NCBI GenBank assembly: GCA_010015585.1
Contig: ML975157.1
Direction: 5' to 3' (one strand)
Source: Eremomyces bilateralis CBS 781.70
Taxonomy: Eukaryota
DNA length: 64,000 nucleotides
The position numbers and the translations under genes were made by a program. Below are positions 47,654 through 59,725 of the stretch, one piece after another (the first letter of the stretch is position 1; each line of letters opens with the position of its first letter). The notes beneath the pieces are model-generated. The model was not told the DNA's origin. It saw only the letters and a list, made by a program, of their open reading frames with translations, and searched no databases.

Positions 47654-48130
47654 CAGAGAGCAAGAGCGGAGCTTCGAGGCAGCGCGGCGGGCCGCTTGGC
47701 TAGGGGTAAAAGCGCCCGGTAGGTGCGTGCCGGGAGAGCACCGTCGGTAGAGTGGCGTGGAAGGACGTCATTCGGCAAGGGCAAAGGCGGACCGAGAAAT
47801 GAACGCCCTATATGGTACGGAGTACGGAATATCACCACGCTATCTCAATCAGCTTTTCTACAATAGGTAGCGTTCCCTAACTTAGGTCATCGGAGACATA
47901 GATAGTGGACTATCCCCTTGAAATATCACCAGAAAATTTGAGCACGCAATCCCTATTGGCCATCATATGCTTATCAACCAGACAGTCTGAGCATTTGAAT
48001 TTGAACGCGATGATGCTTCTAAACAGTTCTATATCTCGAACATAAAATAACACACTTTCAATCTGGTTTCCGGGCCCCCTGATGTAAAATAGGGTTATAG
48101 AGCGTCACCTCTTTACTGCTCACCCAAAAA

Positions 48131-49445
48131 TTACGTCAGTCTAGCTTCGCGTGGTCGCAACGCGTTGCCGTAGTCGCCAGCATTGGGAGCTCTTTGGATG
48201 GAGTGAATGTGATACTTTTCCGGATTCTTGTTATTCAAGAAAACTCCAGAGTGGTGGTCAAACTCGACAACTACTACCGGACTCTGAATTCGGTAGTAAA
48301 AAGGATCCTCATCACCGTAGCCTCCGACCCAGCTAAACCATGTGTCCTGGAGATGTTTTTGTATCTGCTCTTTTCTCTTCTCCCAAACCGTATCGGGTAG
48401 GTAGATGAGCATTTCGCGCAAGATAGAGAACACGAGCGAGATCTGTGACTCAGACATCGCTGTTAGCCGGATACCCTCATATGGAACAATGCGGTTGTCC
48501 TGGAAGGCACCGCATAAGTGGCGCTGATCAGCTTCGTTCCAACGCCCTGGCTCACAACCTTCCATGCGTGGATCTTTGTACACTTGCGCTGTGCGCTTTA
48601 GGGAATCAGGAAGACTCTGCATCAGAGCAAGCCCAAGCTGCTCTTCTGGACGCATCATGGTAGTGCCCTCCCATATACCCTCATCAATCTCGTTGGGTTC
48701 CGCCCCTATGAAGACGGGTGCAGCCATCATCCAACGTCGGTCCAGATAAACACACATGCAAACATGGTGGCCCCAGAAGTTCCATCCCCAAGCTTTATCG
48801 GCGGATGGCTCTCCGAAAAGGATAAAGTTGTAAGATCGTTGATTAAGTACTTTTGGACCATGGGTCAGTTGTCCGAGGAAGTGGTTGGCTCGCATCGCGT
48901 TAACTAGCTTGGCATATCCCGCAGGTGACAAGGTAGCTTTGATAATTCCAAGGATTGCATCGCTAAGCTGCTCCGAAACTTCGTCCAAACGAAGCCCGTA
49001 CTTCGAGATATATATCTCTGGATTCGACCAGCTCCTCCACTGTCGAGCATTGACAGGATATGTCAATGCCTTTGACTCAGCGGGGGTGCACAACGTAAGA
49101 GCTTGCTCCGCAGCCGTGACAATGGTCTCCGATTGGACACCTTGATCTTCATATTCGTACAAGTTTGGGACGAGGTTTCCTTCAATAGGGTGTTAGCCGC
49201 TTTGCTTAGCGCGAACACATGGAACTCGGGTAACTTATACCGTCAGAAGTCAGGCCTTTGTAGGGTTCTTCCCATAATTTCAGCCACGTCTCAGTAAGCT
49301 TCTTCGCAAAGGGGTTCTTGTAGAACTCGTCTGCCCACGTATGAGCGTCATGATGCGGCAACGCTTCGAATTTTCCGCTCGTCAGGTCAGGTAAGTAAGC
49401 ACGGTATTTGCCCGTTGGGCGTGTATCAACACTTTCATCCTTCAT
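48131..49445 (-). CDS. DUF3500-family protein, 2 exons
   Basis: MKDESV...EPYKGLTSDG|NLVPNLYE..., with RQWRSWSNPE, WGWNFWGHHVC, PVFIGAEP, YYRIQSPVVVVEFDHH and HIHSIQRAPNAGDYG, all characteristic of DUF3500. Confidence 0.85.
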
Positions 49446-49767
49446 CTTTTGATAACAAGTAGCTGCGTGCACAGCGGACTTCGCGCGTGTACCAGATGCA
49501 GTGGTGTAGTAAACTATGCTCGCCTGGTTGCGTTGCTTCGCAACTGGTCCGCTTTGAGCCAGATTTGGGAAAATGAGAGTTGTGTACGGAACAGATTAGA
49601 GCAATTTTAGCAACGCTATTGGAACCACAAGACAGTCACAATCCGAAGGGCCTTGATGCCGGGAATCATAGCCGAATTATAGATGACAAGGGTAGGCCAG
49701 AGGATCCCTTTGAGAAACTGCCTCAGAAACAGGTATGAGGTGTCATGATTAGCATGTTGGCCATTTC

Positions 49768-49854
49768 CGGTTGTCTGGGGGAGGTCGGCCCCCGCTGCGC
49801 CGCAAGTCGTAGGTTGTACCGGCTTCAAGGTTTGATCAAACCCCCACAGAGCCG
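49768..49854. promoter_or_regulatory. Three CGG-N5-YGGGG sites in the DUF3500/AhpD-B divergent promoter
   Basis: + CGGTTGTCTGGGG 49768-49780; - CGGCGCAGCGGGG 49790-49802; - CGGCTCTGTGGGG 49842-49854. Confidence 0.65.
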
Positions 49855-50057
49855 ACAACGGCGAGCCATGTCGGCAATCAAGAACGAGAACGAGCGAAGC
49901 AGCTATCCGTTCATTTCCGATGGGATGCTAGCATTGACTCTACACAGGTATTTGTATGACTGGTAGACTGGTAGAGTACTGATACGTTGCTCTTCAGGCG
50001 ATTCGAAAATCGAAATAGCACTGAAAGCAGCTCCCACCTCCAAGTACATCCAGCACC

Positions 50058-50907
50058 ATGTCCGATTTCGACTCCAAGTACGTCACTACCAATAACCGGC
50101 CAGGTGCACCGCAGTATGATGATGCATTCGTCAATTCGTTGAAAGAAGATATGCTATCGGAGGCACCAGACCTAGCGCTAATAGCCGACGCGGTCCTGGT
50201 ATGTTCTTGACAAGCCACGAGACATCCATTGAAATTGTGCTGATTACATCCTGTATCAGTCATCTTGCGCTATTGGGGCGCATCGAGCGGATTTCGTGCC
50301 ACGATTGCTTGATGCCGCACTCCAGACCATTCACCAAGATATCGAGAAATCAAAGGTGTGCTTTGAGCAGTTCAGGGCCGTGGTCATGATATGCTGGCCA
50401 TTCATTGGCATTCCATGGTGTGTCCCGGCCTGTTTGGGCATGGTAAATGTCCTAGAAAAGTATAACCTGCTTTCAATTGCGTACGGTCGCGCCCAGCCTC
50501 CGTTGAGCGATGCACACATCGCCATGGGCCAGGAGCTTCAACAGCGCACCTACGCAAATGTGCAGAATTCCGAAGTGCAAGCCATGCTCCAGAACTGTTT
50601 TGCAGACTTTACATTAACGACTTGGGGGGTCGTGTTCGGCTATTCGCTTGCAGAGACGACGAATAGAGGCATTTTCGAAGCCCACCAGTCGCAGTTGATT
50701 CTTGCCGCGTCCATTGCCTCAAGCGGAGCGACAAGGCAAGCGAGGTCGCATATGACAGGTGCATTGGGCCTCGGGCTTTCAGTGGCTGCAGCCAAGGCTA
50801 TATTGAAGGCTGCGAAGAGACTAAATGAGTGGAACGGTGTCGAAATCAGCGACATTGATGCCGGAGAATTGAATCGACAAATGGAAGCAGCCCAAGCTGC
50901 AAAGTAA
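50058..50907 (+). CDS. AhpD/CMD-like protein (paralog B), 2 exons
   Basis: MSDFDSKYVTTNNRPGAP...ADAVL|SSCAIGAHRAD...ICWPFIGIPWCVPACLGMVNVL...QLILAASIASSGATRQARSHM. It is clearly homologous to 42365-43310 and shares the position of intron 1. Confidence 0.72.
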
Positions 50908-51087
50908 CGAGATAGATAAACAATCCTATAAGAACTTTGTTCTTGAACCTTAAAAATCTGTACTGGCAAAAACGGAATGCAATTTCTTGCGTACATTGAA
51001 TATGCCAATACCCTTTTGCTATCCAACTGCTGTAACTGCCCTATGCCTTTGAGCCTGGACCAAAATGCCACCTACTGCTTGACTTTA

Positions 51088-53032
51088 TCAGCCCTGAGGA
51101 ATGAATGGTACAAGTAAAAGGCTGTCATATTCGCCGCCAGCATGAATTAAGATTCTGCCGTTGTTCAGTGTTTTGGGAGCATCCACCCAGGGTAACAACT
51201 CAGGTCGCAGGTTGAAGCCAGCAACCGAGAGTTGCATTTTCTCGCCTCGCTCCCAGATCATTCCATGTGGCCACATTTCTATCTCCACTGGCACAATCTC
51301 ACCCTCGCTCTTTAAGGTTTGGATATTGCGATGAGTGTAGTGGGGCTGGTGCGGCGTTGATCGCTCGATGTCCAGTTCCCTATGGCTGACCCGGAGGCGA
51401 CCATGTGCACCTTCAGAGAAGAATACATTTACACGCGGATCTCCTGCTGCATGCATCTCTCGAAGTTTCTCCTTGGCAACCTCGGGATTATCTTGGAGAT
51501 ATCCAACATCAACACACTCAGTTTCAACAAGGCCGCCATTGGCGTCCAACTTCGAGAACTTCGTGAAAAGATCAATGTCGTCGTTTCCGATGGCCTGGAC
51601 CCAAAGCTTCAGTTTGAAATAACCTGTCAGCTCAGCCTTGCAGGGAAAGGTGTAAGTAAACTTGGCAATGTCCTTCCTGCTGTCTAGGTTAACTGTATCC
51701 GGGTTCGTTGGTTTATTCCCCCATTCCAGACAGGATGTCGATGCATTCAGGTAGAGAGGTATTGATTGTTGCCTCGTGAGAGGAAATTCAAGCTCCGGCC
51801 GATTGACAATGTCCTGATTCCCTGGGTTGAGGATGGACAAGCGGACCTTGGGTGTAAATTCCCAGCCGTTGGATTTGTCCTTCATGAAGTGGTCGTAGAA
51901 CTTTCGAAGATCTTCAACATTTTGAGGGTAGTACAGATCTAAGATCGTTAGCGTCAAGCTAAACTTGGTTAGAGCATGCGGATCTACCCGGCCATTCATG
52001 ACTATTGTGAACCCTCAACCACTTCTTCGGGCTACTCGATTCGGACCATCCGCGGAATGTACCCCGTGTGTGCAACATATTAGTCCAGCTTGCAACAACG
52101 TACAGTGGTATCTTAATGTTTTCCACCTTAGCTCGACGGTCTTCCCAATAATCGTTCCAAGTTGGGTACTTCGCAGTCATTGCGGACACGTCTTCCGTGC
52201 GACCTAACCCTACAAAGCAATTATCCAGAAGATTTTGTTGAAACTCCGCATCTGGAATGCCACCACGTTGGACGGTGTCATTGTACAAATCATTCCATCC
52301 TTCCCACGGAGCCAGACAGGTCAGATGAGGAGGCGATTCCGCACCGACCCACCACTGGGTTTGTGCGAGATATGAGTTGCCAGCCATAGTCACTCTGACA
52401 TGTCGTAAGTTCTTTGTTAAATATGATGGAATTGTCATTACTAACCGCTTATTGGACCACGGCTGCTCAGCAATCCATTCAACAATGTCGTATCCATCCT
52501 TGCCGTCTAATGTGGAATTGATGTATACATCACCTTCGGACATCCACGTACCCCGGGTATCTTTACTTGAGACTTAATACGAATCTGATCTGTTTGAGTA
52601 GGATAGCAACTTACCTGGGTGAACCAAAGCATAGCCATGCAAACACCAGTATGCCGGATCTAGGGCTTCGAACTTCTCCAATGAACTGACAGTCTTTTGA
52701 GGGATTCCATTGCGCCACGGAGCGCGGTCGGTCCCCATGCGGTTCAAGCCACCCTGCTTTCCAAAACCAGCACTCGATATGATCGCAGGAATTATTTTGC
52801 CGCCATTGGGTGGCCGAAAGACGTCTGTGTATATCGTGGTCCCGTCTCGAAGCCTCAACTCGACATCCTTTTCCCAGAGGATATCGCAAGGCAGCGCCAA
52901 TGCTCCATCTTTCAGAATAGAACCCTTTGTAAGGAGTTCAGTCTCTTGTTTGAACCCCAGATAGAGGGCATGGCCTTGAGTAGTTGAGGGGGACTCTTTC
53001 AGAATAATATCAATCTCACCGATCTTGTCCAT
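51088..53032 (-). CDS. CocE/NonD family (peptidase S15) serine hydrolase, 4 exons
   Basis: LRDGTTIYTDVFRP, FEALDPAYWC..GY, DGYDIVEWIAEQPWSN, nucleophile elbow GNSYLA, PPHLTCLAPWEG, and a C-terminal PepX_C-type domain containing GRLRVSHRELD. Confidence 0.9.
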
Positions 53033-53187
53033 TCTTGTGGATCTTGAATGAAAAATCAGTTATATTTAAGCCGAAGTAGAGGGAAATAATCAGACTGAGA
53101 AATGCTAGCTAAAACAAACCTTTTGAACTAGACCCTAATGGCTAGATACTAATGTAGGAATATGGTAAGCCATGAGCAAATCAGGAT

Positions 53188-53200
53188 CGGAAGCGTGGGG
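53188..53200 (+). promoter_or_regulatory. CGG-N5-TGGGG site in the CocE/FAH divergent promoter
   Basis: CGGAAGCGTGGGG. An N6 variant, CGGAAGTGGTGGGG, follows at about 53210. Confidence 0.6.
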
Positions 53201-53358
53201 CCGGCCTATCGGAAGTGGTGGGGTGGCACATTGTTTACTAACTGCTCTTCACTGCTCGGTGCTCCTTTCCAGCTTCGACCCATACTGGCAGTCATCAATC
53301 ACATTCTAGTTTCGGAAATCACTCTGAACAAAATCTTGCTCTTGTTCAAACCTACGCG

Positions 53359-54281
53359 ATGGCAAGTTGGTCAAAGCTAGTTCGTTTCACGGATTTAGCA
53401 GGCAATATCCATTTTGGAGAGCCGACAGATGACTTCAGTCACGCCAAAGTCTGGGAAGGAATTTCGCTCTTCAGCCTTGCAAGAACTGACCGGGTCGAAA
53501 GGATTGCAGCTGTAGGTTCCCAAAGCAATTACACAATGACCAGTTTTCTCACTGTACCAAGCTTTTGCCGCCTTATCAACCCGATTCGATCCTTTGCATA
53601 GGCCTCAACTACCTAGATCATGCAAAAGAATGCGTAAGGCTCTTGTTCCCAACACCCAACAACTGAATGTCTGGTAACCTCTGGCAATAGAACCGCCCTA
53701 TACCCAGCTATCCAGTCCTATTCTACAAGCCGAAACTCACCGTGAATGGACCTTTCTCTGATGTTGTGGTTCCACAACACTGTAAGAGCCTGGACTACGA
53801 AAATGAGCTTTGCGTTGTGATGGCACGAGATGCAAAAGATGTCGCTGAGAGTGACGCCATTGACTATATCTTGGGCTATACTGTTGGCAATGACGTGTCA
53901 TCCCGGGAATGGCAGCAACAGGAGCGTAGTGGTGGTCAGTTTTCGTTTGCGAAGTCGTGCGATGGTTTCCTGCCATTTGGTCCAGCAATCGTCTCGGCTC
54001 GTCTCGTCCCGGATCCTCAAAATCTGGCTCTCGTAACTAGGGTTAACGGAGAGGTTGTGCAAGATGGTTCTACATGTAATATGATTTTCAGCGTTGCGAA
54101 GATTATATCATTCTTATCTCAGGGAACCACAATTCCAGCAGGAGCCCTGATTATGACTGGTACTCCAGCAGGAGTTGCAGCCTTCAAAACATCACCCCCT
54201 GTTTGGCTAAGGAATGGCGACGTGGTCGAGTGTGCTATCTCGGGTATAGGTTTCATCAAGAACAAGATGGTCACCCAATAG
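53359..54281 (+). CDS. Fumarylacetoacetate hydrolase family protein (FAHD/acylpyruvase-like), 3 exons
   Basis: CIGLNYLDHAKE, PVLFYKP, LDYENEL, GYTVGNDVSSR, AKSCDGFLPFGP and IMTGTPAGV. Confidence 0.92.
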
Positions 54282-54779
54282 ACTAGTGTAGGATCGGAAG
54301 CACTACTTGAGCTAAAGGCTTGCTATTACAGATTCATCAAACTTCCATGATTCGATCCAAGAGTTGAACAGTTAGCTGCATAGACATCAATAGTCTCGCG
54401 ACCTTACCTCAGTTGCCAACATTGGCGACGGAAACCCATCGGATCGGAACGCTACGACCTACCTGCTCTCGTTAGGTGCCGCAATGGACGAATTTAGCTT
54501 TGTACCAGGTAGCGTGCTCAAGCTGTACGATTTCATAGTATATTACATATATGCAGATTATTTTGGATTGAGTGGAGAAGGTACAATGTTATTGAATTGG
54601 CTACTCAGTGAAGCACACAGCAGAGCGACCTACTGGGTACCTTATCGGATAATTCATGTAGAGCCGGGGATTACAGTTTGCTTGTGCGCGCATATTCATA
54701 CTATAACGTTAAGTTAACTAGTGGTTGTTGTTAACTAAGTTATAACTAACTATATTATGTGAGTGACTAACAGTCGTCC

Positions 54780-56299
54780 TCAGCGAAGCTCGGGTGCATC
54801 ATACTCCTTGGACCAGCCCACTGCTTTTGATATCGTGGTGAATGCACCTCCAACATTCAATGCCGCCGCCATAAAGTACAGAAATAGCTTCCCGCAGACT
54901 GAGTCTGTGTCTGGGAACTATATGAAGTCAGCAAATTCATCACAGATGAAGCTCTGCTACTTACACTTTGAGATGTCCCTCCGCTTTTTTTAACCCACTC
55001 GAAAGCACGGGGAACCATCTTATCCTCGTAATCTGTGACAGCCCTCTCATAGTCCTCATATTCTAGTGCTCTAGTCGATTTAAGTTCTGCCAATTGTAAA
55101 AGGGGCTCCAGAGCATCTGCGCAGTCATGTAAAGCCTGATTTGCACCCATGCCACGAGATGGTAGCATTGGATGGATTGCATCACCAAGCAGCCACACTT
55201 GAGGATGCCCGACCTCGAAATTTCCCGGTGAAGCAGCTTTAGCTTTCTTTCTCCACCCTAGAGAGATAGGAGTGGACACACGGGGTTTGACAATGTAGAT
55301 GTCGTCTTCGCTCACGACGTTAACGATATCGGTGAAACCTGGATGCCAATTTTTGACTTTTTCGAGCATCAGAGACTTTCTATCCACGACTGCCTCTAGG
55401 TTGGGGATGTCTGGTGTAGATGCCCAGTTGAACCCTACCATGATAGAGGCTTCTTCTTCATTGTAAATTGACTGCTTCTTCAAGGTGTCAGTGTCGTTCC
55501 CCCGGTCATCCATGTTCACTTGTTTGTCAGGCATATAGACTACGCAGTCAGTAAGACGCTGGCAACAGATTAAGGGGCTTGGGTAAGTGTGAGGTATATT
55601 CGTACCGGACATGAATGCCATAACGCCTTTGGAAGCGCATGCAATGCTCCCAGATTCGATCAATTGCTGGGGCAGGGTGCTCAACAACGACGGCGGCAGG
55701 GCTCCTTTCGATAGAAAGCCTTGTCTATCAGTCAACTCGACAAGATTTGACGCTCCGATCTGTGTATTGGAGCTGCTCCGGTTGCCATCAGCTGCAATGA
55801 GAATATCCGCATCATCCGTCGTTCCGTCCGCAAAGTGTGCCCTAACTCCCGATAGACCTTGCGTAACGCTATCGAGGGCCTCGTAGCGAACAAACTTTTT
55901 GCCGTACTGTAGGATGTTTCTTTCTCTCAACAGCTGTTGCAACAAGTCTCGGAGAAGTGCTCGATTGATAGGGGCTGACTTCGTGTACGCCGAATACTTG
56001 CGGAGGTCGAGAACGAGACTGAGCTGCGAGTCATAGAACACAGGTGCGGATGGCACGACACCTCCCGATCTTCCGAAACGCTGAAGCACAGAATTGTACT
56101 GCTCCTTAGTAAGGCATGCTCGAAAGCCAGTTAAAGCAGCAGCACCTAACCGGATTTGATATCCCCCTCGATTGGCGTCGTACTCGTCGCGTTCATAAAC
56201 CACGACATCTATCGGGGCTTTGCTGTGATTGATAAGGCCGTTCGCAATAAGAGATCCTGAAAGACCGCCACCAATGACTATTACCTTGAGAGGCGCCAT
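54780..56299 (-). CDS. FAD-dependent monooxygenase FMO3 (different subfamily from FMO1/2), 3 exons
   Basis: VIVIGGGLSG, GGYQIRLG, IAADGNRS and WLLGDAIHPMLPSRGMGANQA. The spliced last exon is FPDTDS...YDAPELR* with the stop at 54780-54782. Confidence 0.88.
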
Positions 56300-56412
56300 G
56301 GCTCAGAAAGATTGAACAAAGATATATTTTCACGCCTCTTTGTGAAGAAGAAACATACACATTTGTATCCGCTGCTGGAAACCAGCATGAAACATGCTCC
56401 AAAATAGTGCCT

Positions 56413-56425
56413 CGGTTGTGTGGGG
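56413..56425 (+). promoter_or_regulatory. CGG-N5-TGGGG site upstream of FMO3
   Basis: CGGTTGTGTGGGG, about 115 bp from the ATG. Confidence 0.55.
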
Positions 56426-56575
56426 TGGTGTGTAGGAAGCAACAAAGAGCTCGCCGCAGTGGAGTAAAACGGAAGGACACTCCCATCTTTAAAGAAGAGA
56501 CAAGAGAATAGAGTGTAGATGCAGATAACCCGGTATATATATTTAATTATAATATTCAGATAACTTAGTTAACTA

Positions 56576-56640
56576 TTGATTGATTGATTGATTCCTGCAC
56601 CCGTTCGGGCCAACATCGGCTAGCCCACTTGGGGAACTAA
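56576..56640 (-). mobile_element. Possible 3' tail remnant of a non-LTR retroelement
   Basis: On the minus strand a short GC-rich unit (CCCCAAGTGGGCTAGCCGATGTTGGCCCGAACGGGTGCAGG) ends in an (AATC)n tail inside (AGTT)-rich flanks. Confidence 0.3.
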
Positions 56641-57165
56641 CTAACTTATTATTCTTTCGTCTTCCTCTAGTTATTTTCTTTATCCCTTTTTTCCTTGTGC
56701 ATAAAGTCTTTAAGCCCACTGATCTGACTGAATTAGATGTCTAGTTTCCAATCTCAACAAGTATTAATATAGGAAGAATCGCGAAATATATGTACGTATA
56801 TAGACGGTAATACTGGACCGATATTCTGCTGCCTTGGTAGGCGGTCATTACGATAGCAGCATTTCGCTAACATTATATTGAAGTGGAAACCAAGTTGACT
56901 AATATCGTGTTATATGAAAATGAAACTCGATGGAACTCTCTAGAGAGTTCTTGAATGTTTGCGCAAGCTATTATTACAATTATCTCCGAGTGTTATGGTT
57001 CCAGGCCTGTGGCTTGTCTCCTGAATGGTAGTCACGTGACTAAGTCAACTGTCGAAGTCTTCGACATCGCGCACGCGTCGTAGATAGCTCTTCTTCTTTA
57101 GCTTTGCAGTAAATGAAAGTGGTTCTCGTAACTTCTGCGATCAAACCGTCTCACCGAGGACATAA

Positions 57166-59280
57166 CTAGCGCCTGGTTTGCCCATGACCTGATTCAAATC
57201 TCGCACCTCGCGAGCGCCGAAACCGCCAAGTGCTCATCGACTGGCGAAGAGCTTTGCCTTTGATATAGAATGGAATTCCAAGGAGGCCCAAAAGGCTCAT
57301 AATACCAGCATATGTACCAAAACATCCATCGAACCCAGCTCTGGTGACAAAGTCGACAACGCCATAACTGATACCAAACCCGACGATGTTACGGTAAGCA
57401 CCGACGGCAATAACTATTGGACCAGCCAAGTCTGGAAAGCACTCGATACCGTACGTGGTAGATATTACGTTAGCTGCTATGAATCCGAACTGCTGGACCC
57501 CTGTCATGACTAGCGGAACAGCCCAATGGAATCGATCAGCGTGACTGCATGATATTCCGAAGATGAGCGTGCCAACAGCGCCACAAATGACGGGGAGGAT
57601 CAAGTTTGGAAGTTGATGCTCGGGCTGTCGTTAAAAATGTCAGCATGGAGTATTTAGACCAACTGGCTAGGTTAAGTACTGACCTCGTGTACCCCGTTAT
57701 TCCTCTTGGCTAGGAATTGGATAACCCTATCCCCACCAAAACCTATAACAGGGATCGCGACCAAGCTAGAAACAGCAAGGGGGATAGTGGACAGCCCAAT
57801 TTTATCCGGACTCCAGCCATAGTTGATGACAAGAACATTGCCTAGGACAAGACCAGACGACAGAACCACGCCAATGAAGCATGCATTTAGGCATACAAGC
57901 TTACGATGTTGTTAGATAAGTACATGTACAAAGCCGAAAGGAGCGCCTACCCATATGATGTTCGGGAAGAGAGCACACCGGAGAAGGTCCGTGCAAGTCT
58001 CCCACATTTTCTGGGCGCCAGTTTCGCTCGAAGTAAGTCGAAGGCTGTAGAGGTAGGACCGATCCCGACCGCTCGGACGTACAGGCTCAACGAAGCCATC
58101 CGTTCCTTTAGGAGATAGGCCCGCTGGATATGTTAGCTCTTCGGAATATGCCGATAAATTGCAGTAACTCACCAAGGTCGGCTTCCGTTCGAGCCCAGCT
58201 AGTCTCGGGTATAACAAGGCCTATCAACACTAATGCAGTGGCTCCGATGAAAGCCAGAATCCAGTAATACCACCTCCAAGATAGAGCGGAAACGATATAC
58301 GTGGACGCAATACCAAGTCCTGTCCCAACAATCCCACCGGTGGACCATAGGACGGCGAGTTTAGAATTACGATTGTGAACGTAGTTGATGTCTTGAATAA
58401 TGAGCGGCGCCAGTGACTCGACTGCTCCCACACCGAGACCTAGTACACAACGTGCTCCAATATGAGAGTAGAGTCCGTGATCTTTGCCATTGGATGCTGC
58501 TGCCCAGCACAGGCATACGACTACGATAGCCGCATCGAGGACCATCATCAACCTTGTACCAGTTAATTGTGCCCCGAGGATCGACAATATTCCGCCCAGG
58601 CCAACAAATAGCGATGGAAGTGTCCCAAGCTGACTAATGGTCTGTTGACTCGGCTTTCCAGGCACAGATGGAAAGGATATGCCTTCGTAATGAGTCTCGC
58701 GGCGAATGAGTGCACCACTGGGCGGAATGCCACCAGGGGGTAGACCGCTCGGAGGAAGACCATCCGATGGCAGAACACCAGGAGGCAGACCACCAGGGGG
58801 CAGACCATTAGGAGGAAGACCACCTGGCGGCATGCCAGCGGAACCCATGGACATCATGTTCGGATCTAAGTCTTGATAATAGAGACTAACGGTTGGTAAG
58901 ATGGCTGCAATAGATTGCACAGCTGTCAATCCAGCAGCAGCAACTGAGACTATTAGAAAGGCGCCCCAAGAGATGATGATACTCTTACAAAGGCAAATCG
59001 TGAATAGAACCGCCCACTTGCGCCTCTCTGGGATTCTCAATGGATCTGAAGACTTTGTCAGCATGGTGGTCGCTGAAATTCTATCGTGGTATCTCCGCGC
59101 TGTAGTACCATTGGGATCCGATGATGGAACTGGAATCAACTGGATGGTTCCCGTGGAGTCATAGAGGTTGATAGTGCCATCAGCAACTTCCTCCCTATCG
59201 CCTCGCGTGGTCATATCTCTTCCTGCCGATGCAGTTCTTTCCTCTTGGTGGACCACACTGGGTTCTTTCTCGGGGTCCAT
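57166..59280 (-). CDS. MFS transporter with a Gly/Pro-repeat insertion in its first loop, multi-exon
   Basis: PVPSSDPN|DPLRIPERRKW, ARCVLGLGVG, IQDINYVHNRN, LSWRWYYW, IPETSW, PEHQL and YGIECFP, with about 12 hydrophobic segments across the exons. Confidence 0.85.
58714..58836 (-). repeat. 15-nt coding tandem repeat (G-[LMI]-P-P-x, about 8 copies)
   Basis: GMPPG GLPPN GLPPG GLPPG VLPSD GLPPS GLPPG GIPPS in ORF 58108-59280. Confidence 0.85.
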
Positions 59281-59725
59281 TGTAACGGCAAGTCAAAGTT
59301 GTCCACCACGGTAAAAGAGAATGAATGAGCCAAAATACCAACGAGAGTTATATGCGATGTTCTCTATGACCCAAGTCCGCAGCACTGAGCGATCGGCCTT
59401 TGCGGGGTACATATCATGTTTATGTACAAGGTGTTAATGACGTTCTTCTAACCTGACACAAGGTTCACCTCTGTATTCCTATGGGCCAAAGGATAGAAAA
59501 AGGGCAATATTTGTGGCGCTTCATATCATAGCGATCAGCTATCATCCGTACCTCACTTAACTTGGTGCCATACGGAGGCAATGAGCCGGTCGATTAAGCA
59601 CAAATTACTCTATCCAAGATCCACATTGTCTCAGGCAATAGGCCAGGGTTGATTTCCGAGAAGAGATGGCCTTGAATTGGGGCGAGGTCGGATATCGAAG
59701 TCGGCATTGTGGGCATACTCACTGT

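Noticed and set aside
54730..56573. 14-bp inverted match GTTAACTAAGTTAT flanking FMO3, suggesting a captured-gene transposon
   Set aside because: Low-complexity AT-rich TAAC-type sequence with no TSD or extended TIR.
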